Below, piece after piece: positions 25,574-32,736 of a DNA stretch of 33,935 nt (position 1 is the first letter of the stretch; every line of letters starts with the position of its first letter). The stretch is from the NCBI GenBank assembly GCA_026391935.1, contig JAPLDC010000097.1:9513-43447 (forward strand), given 5' to 3'. This DNA is from Bacteroidota bacterium (lineage in GTDB: Bacteria; Bacteroidota; Bacteroidia; 2-12-FULL-35-15). The translations under genes and the position numbers were made by a program. Below the pieces are notes generated by a model. It worked only from the letters and a program-made list of their open reading frames with translations. It did not search any database and was not told the DNA's origin.

Positions 25574-25605
25574 AAAAAAAACCGTTCTGAGATTTCGGAA
25601 CGGTT
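25574..25605 (-). terminator. Rho-independent terminator after the 90-aa gene
   Basis: Stem AACCGTTC (25580..25587) pairs with GAACGGTT (25598..25605). On the minus strand it is followed by a run of about 8 T (plus-strand A-run 25574..25581). Confidence 0.75.
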
Positions 25606-25625
25606 CTGTTGAATGCAAAGTTATT

Positions 25626-25898
25626 TTATAAAAAATATTTTTCTTTTAAAAATTCAGAATAATCACCAAGGTTTGCCATCACTTGAAGTTCTTGATAGCG
25701 TTTGTGAAAGGAAGCGTCATCAATTTGAGCGTTCAGTACATCCAAACGGAAACGGTCGAAATTGACCAATGCTTGTTTTTCTTTCAATGTCAATGGCTCT
25801 CCATTAAATTCTTTATCACGCAGATCATTGATACTCGGGATTCCACCGATATCAGCTTTAGCAAAGTATTTGTTTAATAAATGGGTGCGATTTTCCAT
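25626..25898 (-). CDS. Hypothetical 90-aa soluble protein
   Basis: Clean ORF with an ATG start and its own terminator. No signal peptide, TM segment or recognised motif. Confidence 0.55.
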   Translation of the reverse strand: MENRTHLLNKYFAKADIGGIPSINDLRDKEFNGEPLTLKEKQALVNFDRFRLDVLNAQIDDASFHKRYQELQVMANLGDYSEFLKEKYFL

Positions 25899-26249
25899 AA
25901 TAAATTATCTCTGTAAAATTACGGGAATTATCTAATTTAGGTTTCGTTTTTCAGAATAATTTATAAACAAATATCTGTTAATAGGAGGATGCGTGGTGTC
26001 TATTTTTTAACTGATATTTATTGTTCTAAAAATGAATAATTATTTCAACTGATACCAAAAGTGCAATTTTGGGTTTCTTGATAAAATTATCTTTATTATA
26101 AAAAGGATAGTTTTAACTTTCTGTTATTGTTTATCAGCCTTGCTGGGAGCTTTTGTTCTTGTTGGAAAATAATTTTTGTTTTTATATTTTCCGGAAATAA
26201 AAAGCACTTTGATTGTGATTTCAACCGTACTGATACCTTCAAAAAATAG

Positions 26250-26257
26250 TATCTTTG
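26250..26257 (+). promoter_or_regulatory. Possible -7 box (TATCTTTG) for the SDR gene
   Basis: TATCTTTG lies 30 nt upstream of the ATG at 26288. No -33 TTTG at canonical spacing. Confidence 0.35.
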
Positions 26258-26287
26258 AAAAAAATAACCCAGTTAGTTTATTAAATT

Positions 26288-27277
26288 ATGAGTAAAGTTT
26301 TTGTGACCGGACCTGACGGAGTATTAGGAAGCAATATTGTTAGAGAATTACTTTCCAGAAATTATGAAGTTAAAGTTTTGGTGTTTCATGCACACGTCCC
26401 TGTTACATTAAAAGGTTTGCCTATTGAAATTGCGCATGGAGACATTTCCAATAAAGAACAATTAGTAGAACTTTCTAAAGACTGTGATTATTTTATTAAT
26501 GTTGCCGCCATCACAGATATGTGGCCTTCACGAGGTGAAATATATTTTAAGATCAATGTGAAAGGTACAGAGAACGCAATCGAGGCGACTCTTCAAAATA
26601 AAATGAAACGTTTGGTTCATGTTGGAAGTGCAAGTTCTTTTGGTTATGGAACAATGGCTGAACCGGGAAATGAAACTACTCCATATAGATCAGCAAAATA
26701 CAAGGTCGATTATATTGAAAGTAAAAAATTAGGGCAAGAAAAAGTAATTGCAGCAGTAAAAGAAAAAGGGTTGAATGCGGTTGTTGTTTGTCCCACATTT
26801 ATGATCGGGCCATACGACTCAAAACCCAGCTCCGGAGCGTTGATCATCGCTATTGCACAAGGGAAGCTTCCCGGATTTACTTCCGGAGGAAAAAATTGGG
26901 TGTATGTAAAAGATGTTTCTACGGGAGTTTGTAATGCACTAACTATGGGAAGAGTCGGCGAAGCATATATTTTAGGTGGTGAGAATATTACCTATGTGAA
27001 TGCAGTAAAACGAATTGCTGCAGCTCTTGGACAAAAAAAGATTCCAAAATTTGTTGCGCCTGATTTCATTTTGAAGTTTATCGGAATTTTAGGAACACTT
27101 TCTGGAAGCATAACAGGTAAAGCACCTAAGCTGACATTTAATATTGCAAGGATCGCTTGTGACGGACATTATTTTTCTCCGAAAAAAGCGATCGAAGAAT
27201 TGAATTTGCCGCAGACGCCAATTGAAGTTGGTGCGAAAGAAGCGCAAGAATGGTTTATAGAAAATAAATATTTATAG
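26288..27277 (+). CDS. NAD(P)-dependent epimerase/dehydratase family protein (extended SDR, dihydroflavonol-reductase-like)
   Basis: N-terminal Rossmann motif VFVTGPDGVLGSNIVRELL, catalytic YxxxK (YIESK), and a length of 329 aa typical of extended SDRs. Confidence 0.8.
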   Translation: MSKVFVTGPDGVLGSNIVRELLSRNYEVKVLVFHAHVPVTLKGLPIEIAHGDISNKEQLVELSKDCDYFINVAAITDMWPSRGEIYFKINVKGTENAIEATLQNKMKRLVHVGSASSFGYGTMAEPGNETTPYRSAKYKVDYIESKKLGQEKVIAAVKEKGLNAVVVCPTFMIGPYDSKPSSGALIIAIAQGKLPGFTSGGKNWVYVKDVSTGVCNALTMGRVGEAYILGGENITYVNAVKRIAAALGQKKIPKFVAPDFILKFIGILGTLSGSITGKAPKLTFNIARIACDGHYFSPKKAIEELNLPQTPIEVGAKEAQEWFIENKYL

Positions 27278-27278
27278 A

Positions 27279-28019
27279 TCAGTTCGAATTTTTTACGATC
27301 ATGACACTTCCTTTCCAGTCGGGAAGCTCAATCAAACTTTCGGGGATAGTGGGCAAAAATTCATCCAATGCTTTTTTTATTCCTTCCCAAGTATGATTGT
27401 AATCGTGAATAATGATCACTCCTCCTTTTGAAAGTTTAGGGTAGAAAAATTTTAAACCCTCGATCGTCGGTAAATAAAGGTCGGCATCTAAATGAACGAA
27501 GGAAAATAAGGTGTCGTCTAAACCAATAGCTGTTTTTGGAAAATAACCGGGATAAAAAACAACCTGACTTCCGCCATCTATTTCTTTTTTTACCGTTTCT
27601 AAATCAGTATCCGAAAATTCTTTAGTAGTATATTTTCCACCTTTTATTTTTTCATGTTGCAAATCCAGAGCATCAAATCCTTCGAATGTATCAAATAGAT
27701 GGAGTTTGCGGGCAGGATCCATTCCATGAATAATTTTTGCCGTTTCTCCCTTATGAACTCCCAGCTCGGCAAAATCTCCTATTATGTTTTCTTTTTTCAG
27801 TCGTTCAATTTGAAACCAAAAGCAATAAAATCGGATCTTATCAAAATAGTTCCGCTCCAATAATTTTAATTTTTCGGAAACAAGATTATTTTTTACTGCA
27901 TTCTCCCATCTGAATGGCTTGTCTAACTTGAAGGACCAGAATGTTTCCAAATATCTGAATGCGAAAAATAATAACATCAATACAAGTACACCGGAAACAA
28001 TATTGAAAACTAAATTCAT
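27279..28019 (-). CDS. Membrane-anchored class I SAM-dependent O-methyltransferase, TylF/MycF-like
   Basis: N-terminal TM helix (LVFNIVSGVLVLMLLFFAF). SAM motif I AELGVHKGETAKII. Metal-binding and acidic blocks HLDADLYLPTIEGLKFFYPKLSKGGVIIIHDY, as in the macrocin-O-methyltransferase family. Confidence 0.75.
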   Translation of the reverse strand: MNLVFNIVSGVLVLMLLFFAFRYLETFWSFKLDKPFRWENAVKNNLVSEKLKLLERNYFDKIRFYCFWFQIERLKKENIIGDFAELGVHKGETAKIIHGMDPARKLHLFDTFEGFDALDLQHEKIKGGKYTTKEFSDTDLETVKKEIDGGSQVVFYPGYFPKTAIGLDDTLFSFVHLDADLYLPTIEGLKFFYPKLSKGGVIIIHDYNHTWEGIKKALDEFLPTIPESLIELPDWKGSVMIVKNSN

Positions 28020-28061
28020 AACAATGAAAATATTTTTAAAAATATCCCTGTGAAAGTAAGA

Positions 28062-30452
28062 TTATTTATGGATGATCTGGACATAACCGGGAAAGGATTT
28101 TCCACTTTCTACTGCAAGAACATAATAATAGGTGCCGTCTGTAACGTTTGCAGCACTCCAATCATTTGTATAATTTTCTTTTTGATAAACTATTTTTCCC
28201 CAGCGGTCGTAAACTTTTAAATTATTTGTGCCGAAAAATTCTAAGTATTTAAAATAAAGAAAGTCATTCAAATTATCTCCGTTCGGAGTGATTACATTTG
28301 GAAGAACCAGTTCTGCGGGAATCACATTTATGTCGTGGCAGATCGTGTCTAAACATCCATCAGAAGTTTGGATATCTAGACAAACATGGTATGTTCCGGG
28401 AATCGTATATATGTGTGAAGGGTTTTGATTTGTATCAAAAGTTCCATCTCCAAAATTCCAAAACCAAGAATTAGCACTTCCTCCAACTGCGGAAGTATTA
28501 TCTGTAAATCCTAAAGGATTATTTATGATCACAGGTTGTGGAGCTACAGTAAAATTTGCTACCGGCAAAGGATCTGTATTCACTGTTACAGTTATCGTAT
28601 CGGAATTACAAGTATTGTTCACTGCCGAAACCTGATAAGTAGTTGAGGTTACAGTTGAGTTTGTATTCACTACCGTTTGACTGATACTTGTTCCTGTTCC
28701 GCTTGTTCCATTTCCATTCCAGCTAACCACACTTGTTCCTAGGCAAGGAGTAAGGGTAATGGTAAACGGATCACCGGAACAATTTGTTAATGGATTAGGT
28801 GATGCGGTAACTTCGGGTGTTTCTTTTATGTGTATAATTTTTGAAACAGCACCCGTGAGAATATTACCACACGCATCCGTAACTGTTGCCGGTGGAACAG
28901 ACAGAACGGAAATTGTATCGCAGGTCCAAGGACAAGTAGGAATTGTAAGATTCAATGTTTTTATTACGCTTGCTGTAGAACAGCCTGCAGGCGCCCCAAC
29001 TATTACGCTTCCTGTCATCCAGGGGTGCGTTATGGTGAATGGAGGAACGCCATATTTGATATATACCACTCCGTTTATGTTGCACACATTAGAGCAAATG
29101 GTACTTGGAGTAACATTCCAAAGCGGTCCATAACCTTCTACAGTATGACCTTCTACATAAGCACTGAACGGGTATCCACCAAAAGGGTCGTGATAGATAT
29201 AAGTAGTGTTGCATCCTGTTCCCGGTGCAGTGCGCTGTACATGCATCGATAAATAAAATGTTTGTGCGGTACAGGATTGTGGCTTGCAGCACAATAAAGG
29301 ACTTTTCAGATCGTATGCGGTAAGATATGCTGTTCCCGCTGTGATACCAGCTGTTCCGGTAGTCGTAAATGAAGTGGAGGTGTTACAACTTGTACTGAAG
29401 AACATGGCGCCATCATTCATAATTGCCGTGGTAAAAGGATTTGCATAAAAACTTCCACTTACAAATAGCGCTGTGACAGTAACTTTTGCTGGAATAGTTA
29501 CCAAAATACTATCAGCTCCACTTGCCGGAGCAATACAGGAAGGTATGAATCCTCCCGTCCAGGTACTTGTAGGGCCGGTCACTAAAGGGTCGATTGTAAT
29601 CGGATAGATTCTTACGGGATCATTCATCCATGAAGCAGGAACAATAATTTTTATTTTTTGTTTTCCGTTTTCGGTTTCTAGTTTATATGCCGCTGTGATA
29701 TAATTTTTATTTGCATCATAACAAAGTGCGCCCCGGATTGTTCCCAATTCTTTTCCGTTTTCAGAATTAATTGTGAGAGCACCTAGCCAACCTCTGGCAT
29801 CCTGTTGCCCGTAGTTTGGATCGGGAATAACTTTGGCATTTTGAGGCATCCCAATTTCTTCCTCAATGATCAAATCGGATGAAGAGGTTGAAAGCGGATG
29901 GTTTATGACATAATTATATTTTAGACTGTTGAAACGAAACTCGAATGTTTTATCTACTCCTGGTATAATATTTTGCATGATAGCATTTTCTCCATCAAGT
30001 TTAATTTCTGAAATGTAAGTTGTATTTCCATTTATTTTACTGTTGCCCGAATAAGAGATAGTAGAACCATCTCCAGTATTTATTTCTATAGTACCGTTAT
30101 TCAAAACGGATACATTGTTTGGCTGATCTGGTGCAGTTAATCCTTTTGAAGAAAAAGTTGGAACGGGATTAATTGGAACGAGAATACCTTTCCCATTGTA
30201 ATAATTTACGGGAGCTTTGCTGTAATAAATTATTGTTCTTCCATCTGGAGTTAAAAAAGAACTTGAAAATATTTTTCGTTCTTGTTCTAACTCTTTCCAT
30301 TGAGATCGGTCTTCAAGAAAATTTCTTTCTCCTTGAGGATTCAGGTTAGTAGAAAAAGGAGACGGTTTATTCTGAGAGAATAAATAAATCGTATTAAAAC
30401 ATAGAAGCACCAGCAAAATCTGTGCTTTAAAATAGTTTTTTGATAATAACAT
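28062..30452 (-). CDS. Large Cys-rich secreted protein with PKD domain and T9SS type-B (gliding motility-associated) C-terminal sorting domain
   Basis: Signal peptide (AQILLVLLCFNTIYLFSQ). PKD-like block FTDNTSAVGGSANSWFWNFGDGTFDTNQNPSHIYTIPGTYHVCLDIQTSDGC. Type-B CTD: PNVITPNGDNLNDFLYFKYLEFFGTNNLKVYDRWGKIVYQKENYTNDW...GTYYYVL. Confidence 0.85.
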   Translation of the reverse strand: MLLSKNYFKAQILLVLLCFNTIYLFSQNKPSPFSTNLNPQGERNFLEDRSQWKELEQERKIFSSSFLTPDGRTIIYYSKAPVNYYNGKGILVPINPVPTFSSKGLTAPDQPNNVSVLNNGTIEINTGDGSTISYSGNSKINGNTTYISEIKLDGENAIMQNIIPGVDKTFEFRFNSLKYNYVINHPLSTSSSDLIIEEEIGMPQNAKVIPDPNYGQQDARGWLGALTINSENGKELGTIRGALCYDANKNYITAAYKLETENGKQKIKIIVPASWMNDPVRIYPITIDPLVTGPTSTWTGGFIPSCIAPASGADSILVTIPAKVTVTALFVSGSFYANPFTTAIMNDGAMFFSTSCNTSTSFTTTGTAGITAGTAYLTAYDLKSPLLCCKPQSCTAQTFYLSMHVQRTAPGTGCNTTYIYHDPFGGYPFSAYVEGHTVEGYGPLWNVTPSTICSNVCNINGVVYIKYGVPPFTITHPWMTGSVIVGAPAGCSTASVIKTLNLTIPTCPWTCDTISVLSVPPATVTDACGNILTGAVSKIIHIKETPEVTASPNPLTNCSGDPFTITLTPCLGTSVVSWNGNGTSGTGTSISQTVVNTNSTVTSTTYQVSAVNNTCNSDTITVTVNTDPLPVANFTVAPQPVIINNPLGFTDNTSAVGGSANSWFWNFGDGTFDTNQNPSHIYTIPGTYHVCLDIQTSDGCLDTICHDINVIPAELVLPNVITPNGDNLNDFLYFKYLEFFGTNNLKVYDRWGKIVYQKENYTNDWSAANVTDGTYYYVLAVESGKSFPGYVQIIHK

Positions 30453-30528
30453 TCTGGAGTAATTGACTAAAACAAATATAGTAAAATTTGCGAAAAAAAC
30501 AATGATCTATAACATATTCCAAAATGAA

Positions 30529-31812
30529 TTAGTTGTCCTTATAATTTCCAAAACGAATAACGAAACCGATATAGGGAATACCGATATACCAGCCTTTTTC
30601 AAACAATCCGGGAGTGTTAACAAATCCTGCATCCAAGGTAGATCGTTCTCCCATGTATCGAAATGCGTATGAGAAGATTGTTTCGTAATGGCTGTCTTCA
30701 CTTATTCCTCTATTGAAAGGATCTCCCTTCACATTTACTATCCAGTTTTCTGTTACAAGTGCATATTTTTTACCCAAGCGAGTCATTCCATTTGCCACAA
30801 ATAAAGGCTTTTCCTGCCATTTAACATCTCCACCACTATTCACAAAACCATACCCGGCTCCGATTGTAATATTGTTATCGTAATCACCAATTGTTACGAC
30901 TCCGAAACCTAAGCCCAATCCAAAATTATCTCCATTAATGGGGAAGAATCCATTTCCTAATACACATCCTGCTGCAACATGCGTATATTTTCCAAGGTCA
31001 AATCCAACTTTAGTATTTAAATAAGCACCAAGTGGCCCAACCAATCCTCCTCCAATAGAAATGTGGTTATTCAATCCAAAATTAACAGCATTACATGCGC
31101 CATAAATATTTTGATAATATCCTTCTCCTTTTTTTAATGGAATACCAGAGGGAGCAAAAAGGTAACGTGTACAATTCGGATTTTTAAACCATATTTTACC
31201 TGCTTCTGTAATCGTTGCAGCGTCTAACTCACGAACTGATTTTATTTTTGATTCCGGTAAATTGACAATCCCCAATCCTTTCGTTTCAATAGCAGTATAA
31301 GCATCCGTTTTATTAATTATTTTTCCTGTAAGTATTGAGCCGTCTGTAAGTGTAAAAACTTGAATTTTATCTCCGAATTCGAATGAAAGATTTTTTATGT
31401 TTTTTCTGCTGATTGTTTTTTCTCCAATATTATTGTCCTTAAAAATAACTTCTTCCGGTTTTTCAGAAATTACTTTACCTCTTAACTGTGTTCCATCCGT
31501 CATGGTAAGTATATAATGAGGTGTAGGATCTGCTGGTAAAGAACTGTTTTCGGTTGAAGCAGTTGTTTCATTTTTCATCTCTTCTACTTTACCATTGCTA
31601 AACTTTATTTTTGTGATAGCGGTTTTCGTAATTGAATAGACGGGACCATCTATATTGTCAAAGCGTTTGTATTTGATTTCCGATGAAGATATTTCCGTGA
31701 TTTTCGCAAGAATAACCTCTTGATTTTGTTTGACAATGGTATCCTGTCCTCTTGAAATTTTGCCCATCGATAGAAAAGCGAATGTAACAATGAAGAAGAG
31801 TTTCGTTTTCAT
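30529..31812 (-). CDS. Exported hypothetical protein: three ~45-aa repeat modules plus Gly-rich, probably membrane-embedded C-terminal domain
   Basis: Track ORF trimmed to the ATG at 31812 (signal peptide MKTKLFFIVTFAFLSMGKISRGQ). Internal repeats of the type TLTDGSILTGKIINKTDAYTAIET.../TMTDGTQLRGKVISEKPEEVIFKD.... The C-terminal ~220 aa are rich in G, N and aromatic residues (GLGLGFGVVTIGDYDNNITIGAGYGF). Family not recognised. Confidence 0.7.
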   Translation of the reverse strand: MKTKLFFIVTFAFLSMGKISRGQDTIVKQNQEVILAKITEISSSEIKYKRFDNIDGPVYSITKTAITKIKFSNGKVEEMKNETTASTENSSLPADPTPHYILTMTDGTQLRGKVISEKPEEVIFKDNNIGEKTISRKNIKNLSFEFGDKIQVFTLTDGSILTGKIINKTDAYTAIETKGLGIVNLPESKIKSVRELDAATITEAGKIWFKNPNCTRYLFAPSGIPLKKGEGYYQNIYGACNAVNFGLNNHISIGGGLVGPLGAYLNTKVGFDLGKYTHVAAGCVLGNGFFPINGDNFGLGLGFGVVTIGDYDNNITIGAGYGFVNSGGDVKWQEKPLFVANGMTRLGKKYALVTENWIVNVKGDPFNRGISEDSHYETIFSYAFRYMGERSTLDAGFVNTPGLFEKGWYIGIPYIGFVIRFGNYKDN

Positions 31813-31860
31813 GGTAATTATTTTGGATGCGTTACTTAATTTCAAAACAAACACTTTTAT

Positions 31861-31868
31861 CAAAGATA
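31861..31868 (-). promoter_or_regulatory. Possible -7 box (TATCTTTG) for the 30529..31812 gene and downstream genes
   Basis: Minus strand reads TATCTTTG 48 nt upstream of the ATG at 31812. No TAnnTTTG was found in the 30453..30528 or 28020..28061 spacers. Confidence 0.35.
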
Positions 31869-31993
31869 GAAAAACTGGAGTATAATTCAGCAGAATCTTT
31901 TTAGTTGTAGTAAATGTCAATTGAGGTGTGAAAAACAAATGTAAATTAAATATTTTGTAAGTTTTGAAATGGTTAAGTTGATCTAAAACAAAA

Positions 31994-32019
31994 AAGCCTC
32001 TCAGTTTTCTGAAAGACTT
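31994..32019 (-). terminator. Probable terminator downstream of tRNA-Ala
   Basis: On the minus strand AAGTCTTTCAG-AAAA-CTGAGAGGCTT forms an 11-bp stem with two G-U pairs, followed by TTTTGTTTT. It lies 11 nt after the tRNA 3' end. Confidence 0.5.
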
Positions 32020-32030
32020 TTTTTAATTAG

Positions 32031-32104
32031 TGGAGAATACCGGATTCGAACCGGTCGCCTCTTCACTGCCAGCGAAGCGCTCTAGCCAAATGAGCTAATC
32101 CCCC
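32031..32104 (-). tRNA. tRNA-Ala (anticodon GGC)
   Basis: The reverse complement folds as a 74-nt cloverleaf: GGGGGAT-TA-GCTC-ATTTGGCTA-GAGC-G-CTTCG-CTGGCAG-TGAAG-AGGCG-ACCGG-TTCGAAT-CCGGT-ATTCTCC-A. Anticodon loop is C-U-GGC-A-G. The G3:U70 alanine identity pair is present, as is the T-loop TTCGAAT. CCA is not encoded. Confidence 0.93.
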
Positions 32105-32195
32105 AATTTTTTGTGAAAGTACCAATTAAATCTTTATGTCAAAAAAGAAACTTTTTGTAAGTGGTATAGTTGCCTTATAGCTTGTCTTTCAGCAT

Positions 32196-32227
32196 TTTGG
32201 TATTCTGATTTTAGAACTGTATATTTG
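32196..32227 (+). promoter_or_regulatory. Putative Bacteroidota sigma-A promoter for ridA (TTTG-N20-TATATTTG)
   Basis: TTTG at 32196..32199 and TATATTTG at 32220..32227, the latter 24 nt upstream of the ATG at 32252. Confidence 0.45.
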
Positions 32228-32251
32228 CACTCTTTTTTATTAAATGATAAA

Positions 32252-32668
32252 ATGGCTGCAGACAGAATAAATTCAAGTAAAGCACCCGAACCTGTCGGTG
32301 CTTATCCACATGCCCGTAAAGTAGGGGATTTATTATTCCTTTCCGGAGTTGGACCGCGTGAACGTGGATCCAAAAAAATTCCCGGAGTTGAACTGGATGA
32401 AAAAGGGAATATTATTTCTTATGATATCGAAACGCAATGTAAATGTGTATTTCAAAATATCAAATATATTCTGGAAGATGCGGGTAGCAGTTGGGATAAA
32501 ATTATTGATGTTCAGGTTTTTTTAACGAACATGAAAGACGATTTTGAAATTTATAATCGTTTGTATGCCGAATGGTTTAAAGACAATCAACCTTGCAGAA
32601 CAACCATTGAGATCAACTGTTTACCAACACCAATTGCAATTGAATTGAAAGTGATTGCTACTATATAG
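32252..32668 (+). CDS. ridA: RidA/YjgF/UK114 family reactive-intermediate deaminase
   Basis: Track TTG start at 32225 trimmed to the ATG at 32252 (MAADRINSSKAPEPVGAYPHARKVGDLLFLSG). C-terminal CRTTIEINCLPTPIAIELKVIA is typical of the family. Confidence 0.85.
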   Translation: MAADRINSSKAPEPVGAYPHARKVGDLLFLSGVGPRERGSKKIPGVELDEKGNIISYDIETQCKCVFQNIKYILEDAGSSWDKIIDVQVFLTNMKDDFEIYNRLYAEWFKDNQPCRTTIEINCLPTPIAIELKVIATI

Positions 32669-32686
32669 TTACAATTCGGTGCAATT

Positions 32687-32713
32687 CCCCTCTTGAGAGG
32701 GGCAGGGGTGTGT
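32687..32713. repeat. GC-rich REP-like hairpin element (second copy of the family seen at 9003..9074)
   Basis: CCCCTC (32687..32692) pairs with GAGGGG (32697..32702), loop TTGA, followed by CAGGGGTGTGT. It matches the reverse complement of 9005..9027 at 18 of 22 positions. The 4 differences are two compensatory base-pair swaps in the stem. Confidence 0.45.
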
Positions 32714-32736
32714 TCCAAATTTTGAATTAAAATATT

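Noticed and set aside
25981-26040. AGGAGG followed directly by ATG and a 16-codon ORF (MRGVYFLTDIYCSKNE) in the 389-bp spacer
   Set aside because: The Shine-Dalgarno-like motif abuts the ATG with no spacing, Bacteroidota rarely use such motifs, and the ORF is very short with no supporting features.
27275-27281. Convergent SDR and methyltransferase genes with stop codons 1 nt apart (similarly 1998/2012)
   Set aside because: Tight convergent packing without terminators is common in compact genomes. No overlapping antisense structure or shared hairpin was seen.
31940-32224. Genomic-island insertion at tRNA-Ala
   Set aside because: No integrase, no duplicated tRNA 3' end and no compositional break. 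The flanking genes are ordinary (an exported protein operon and ridA/ileS).
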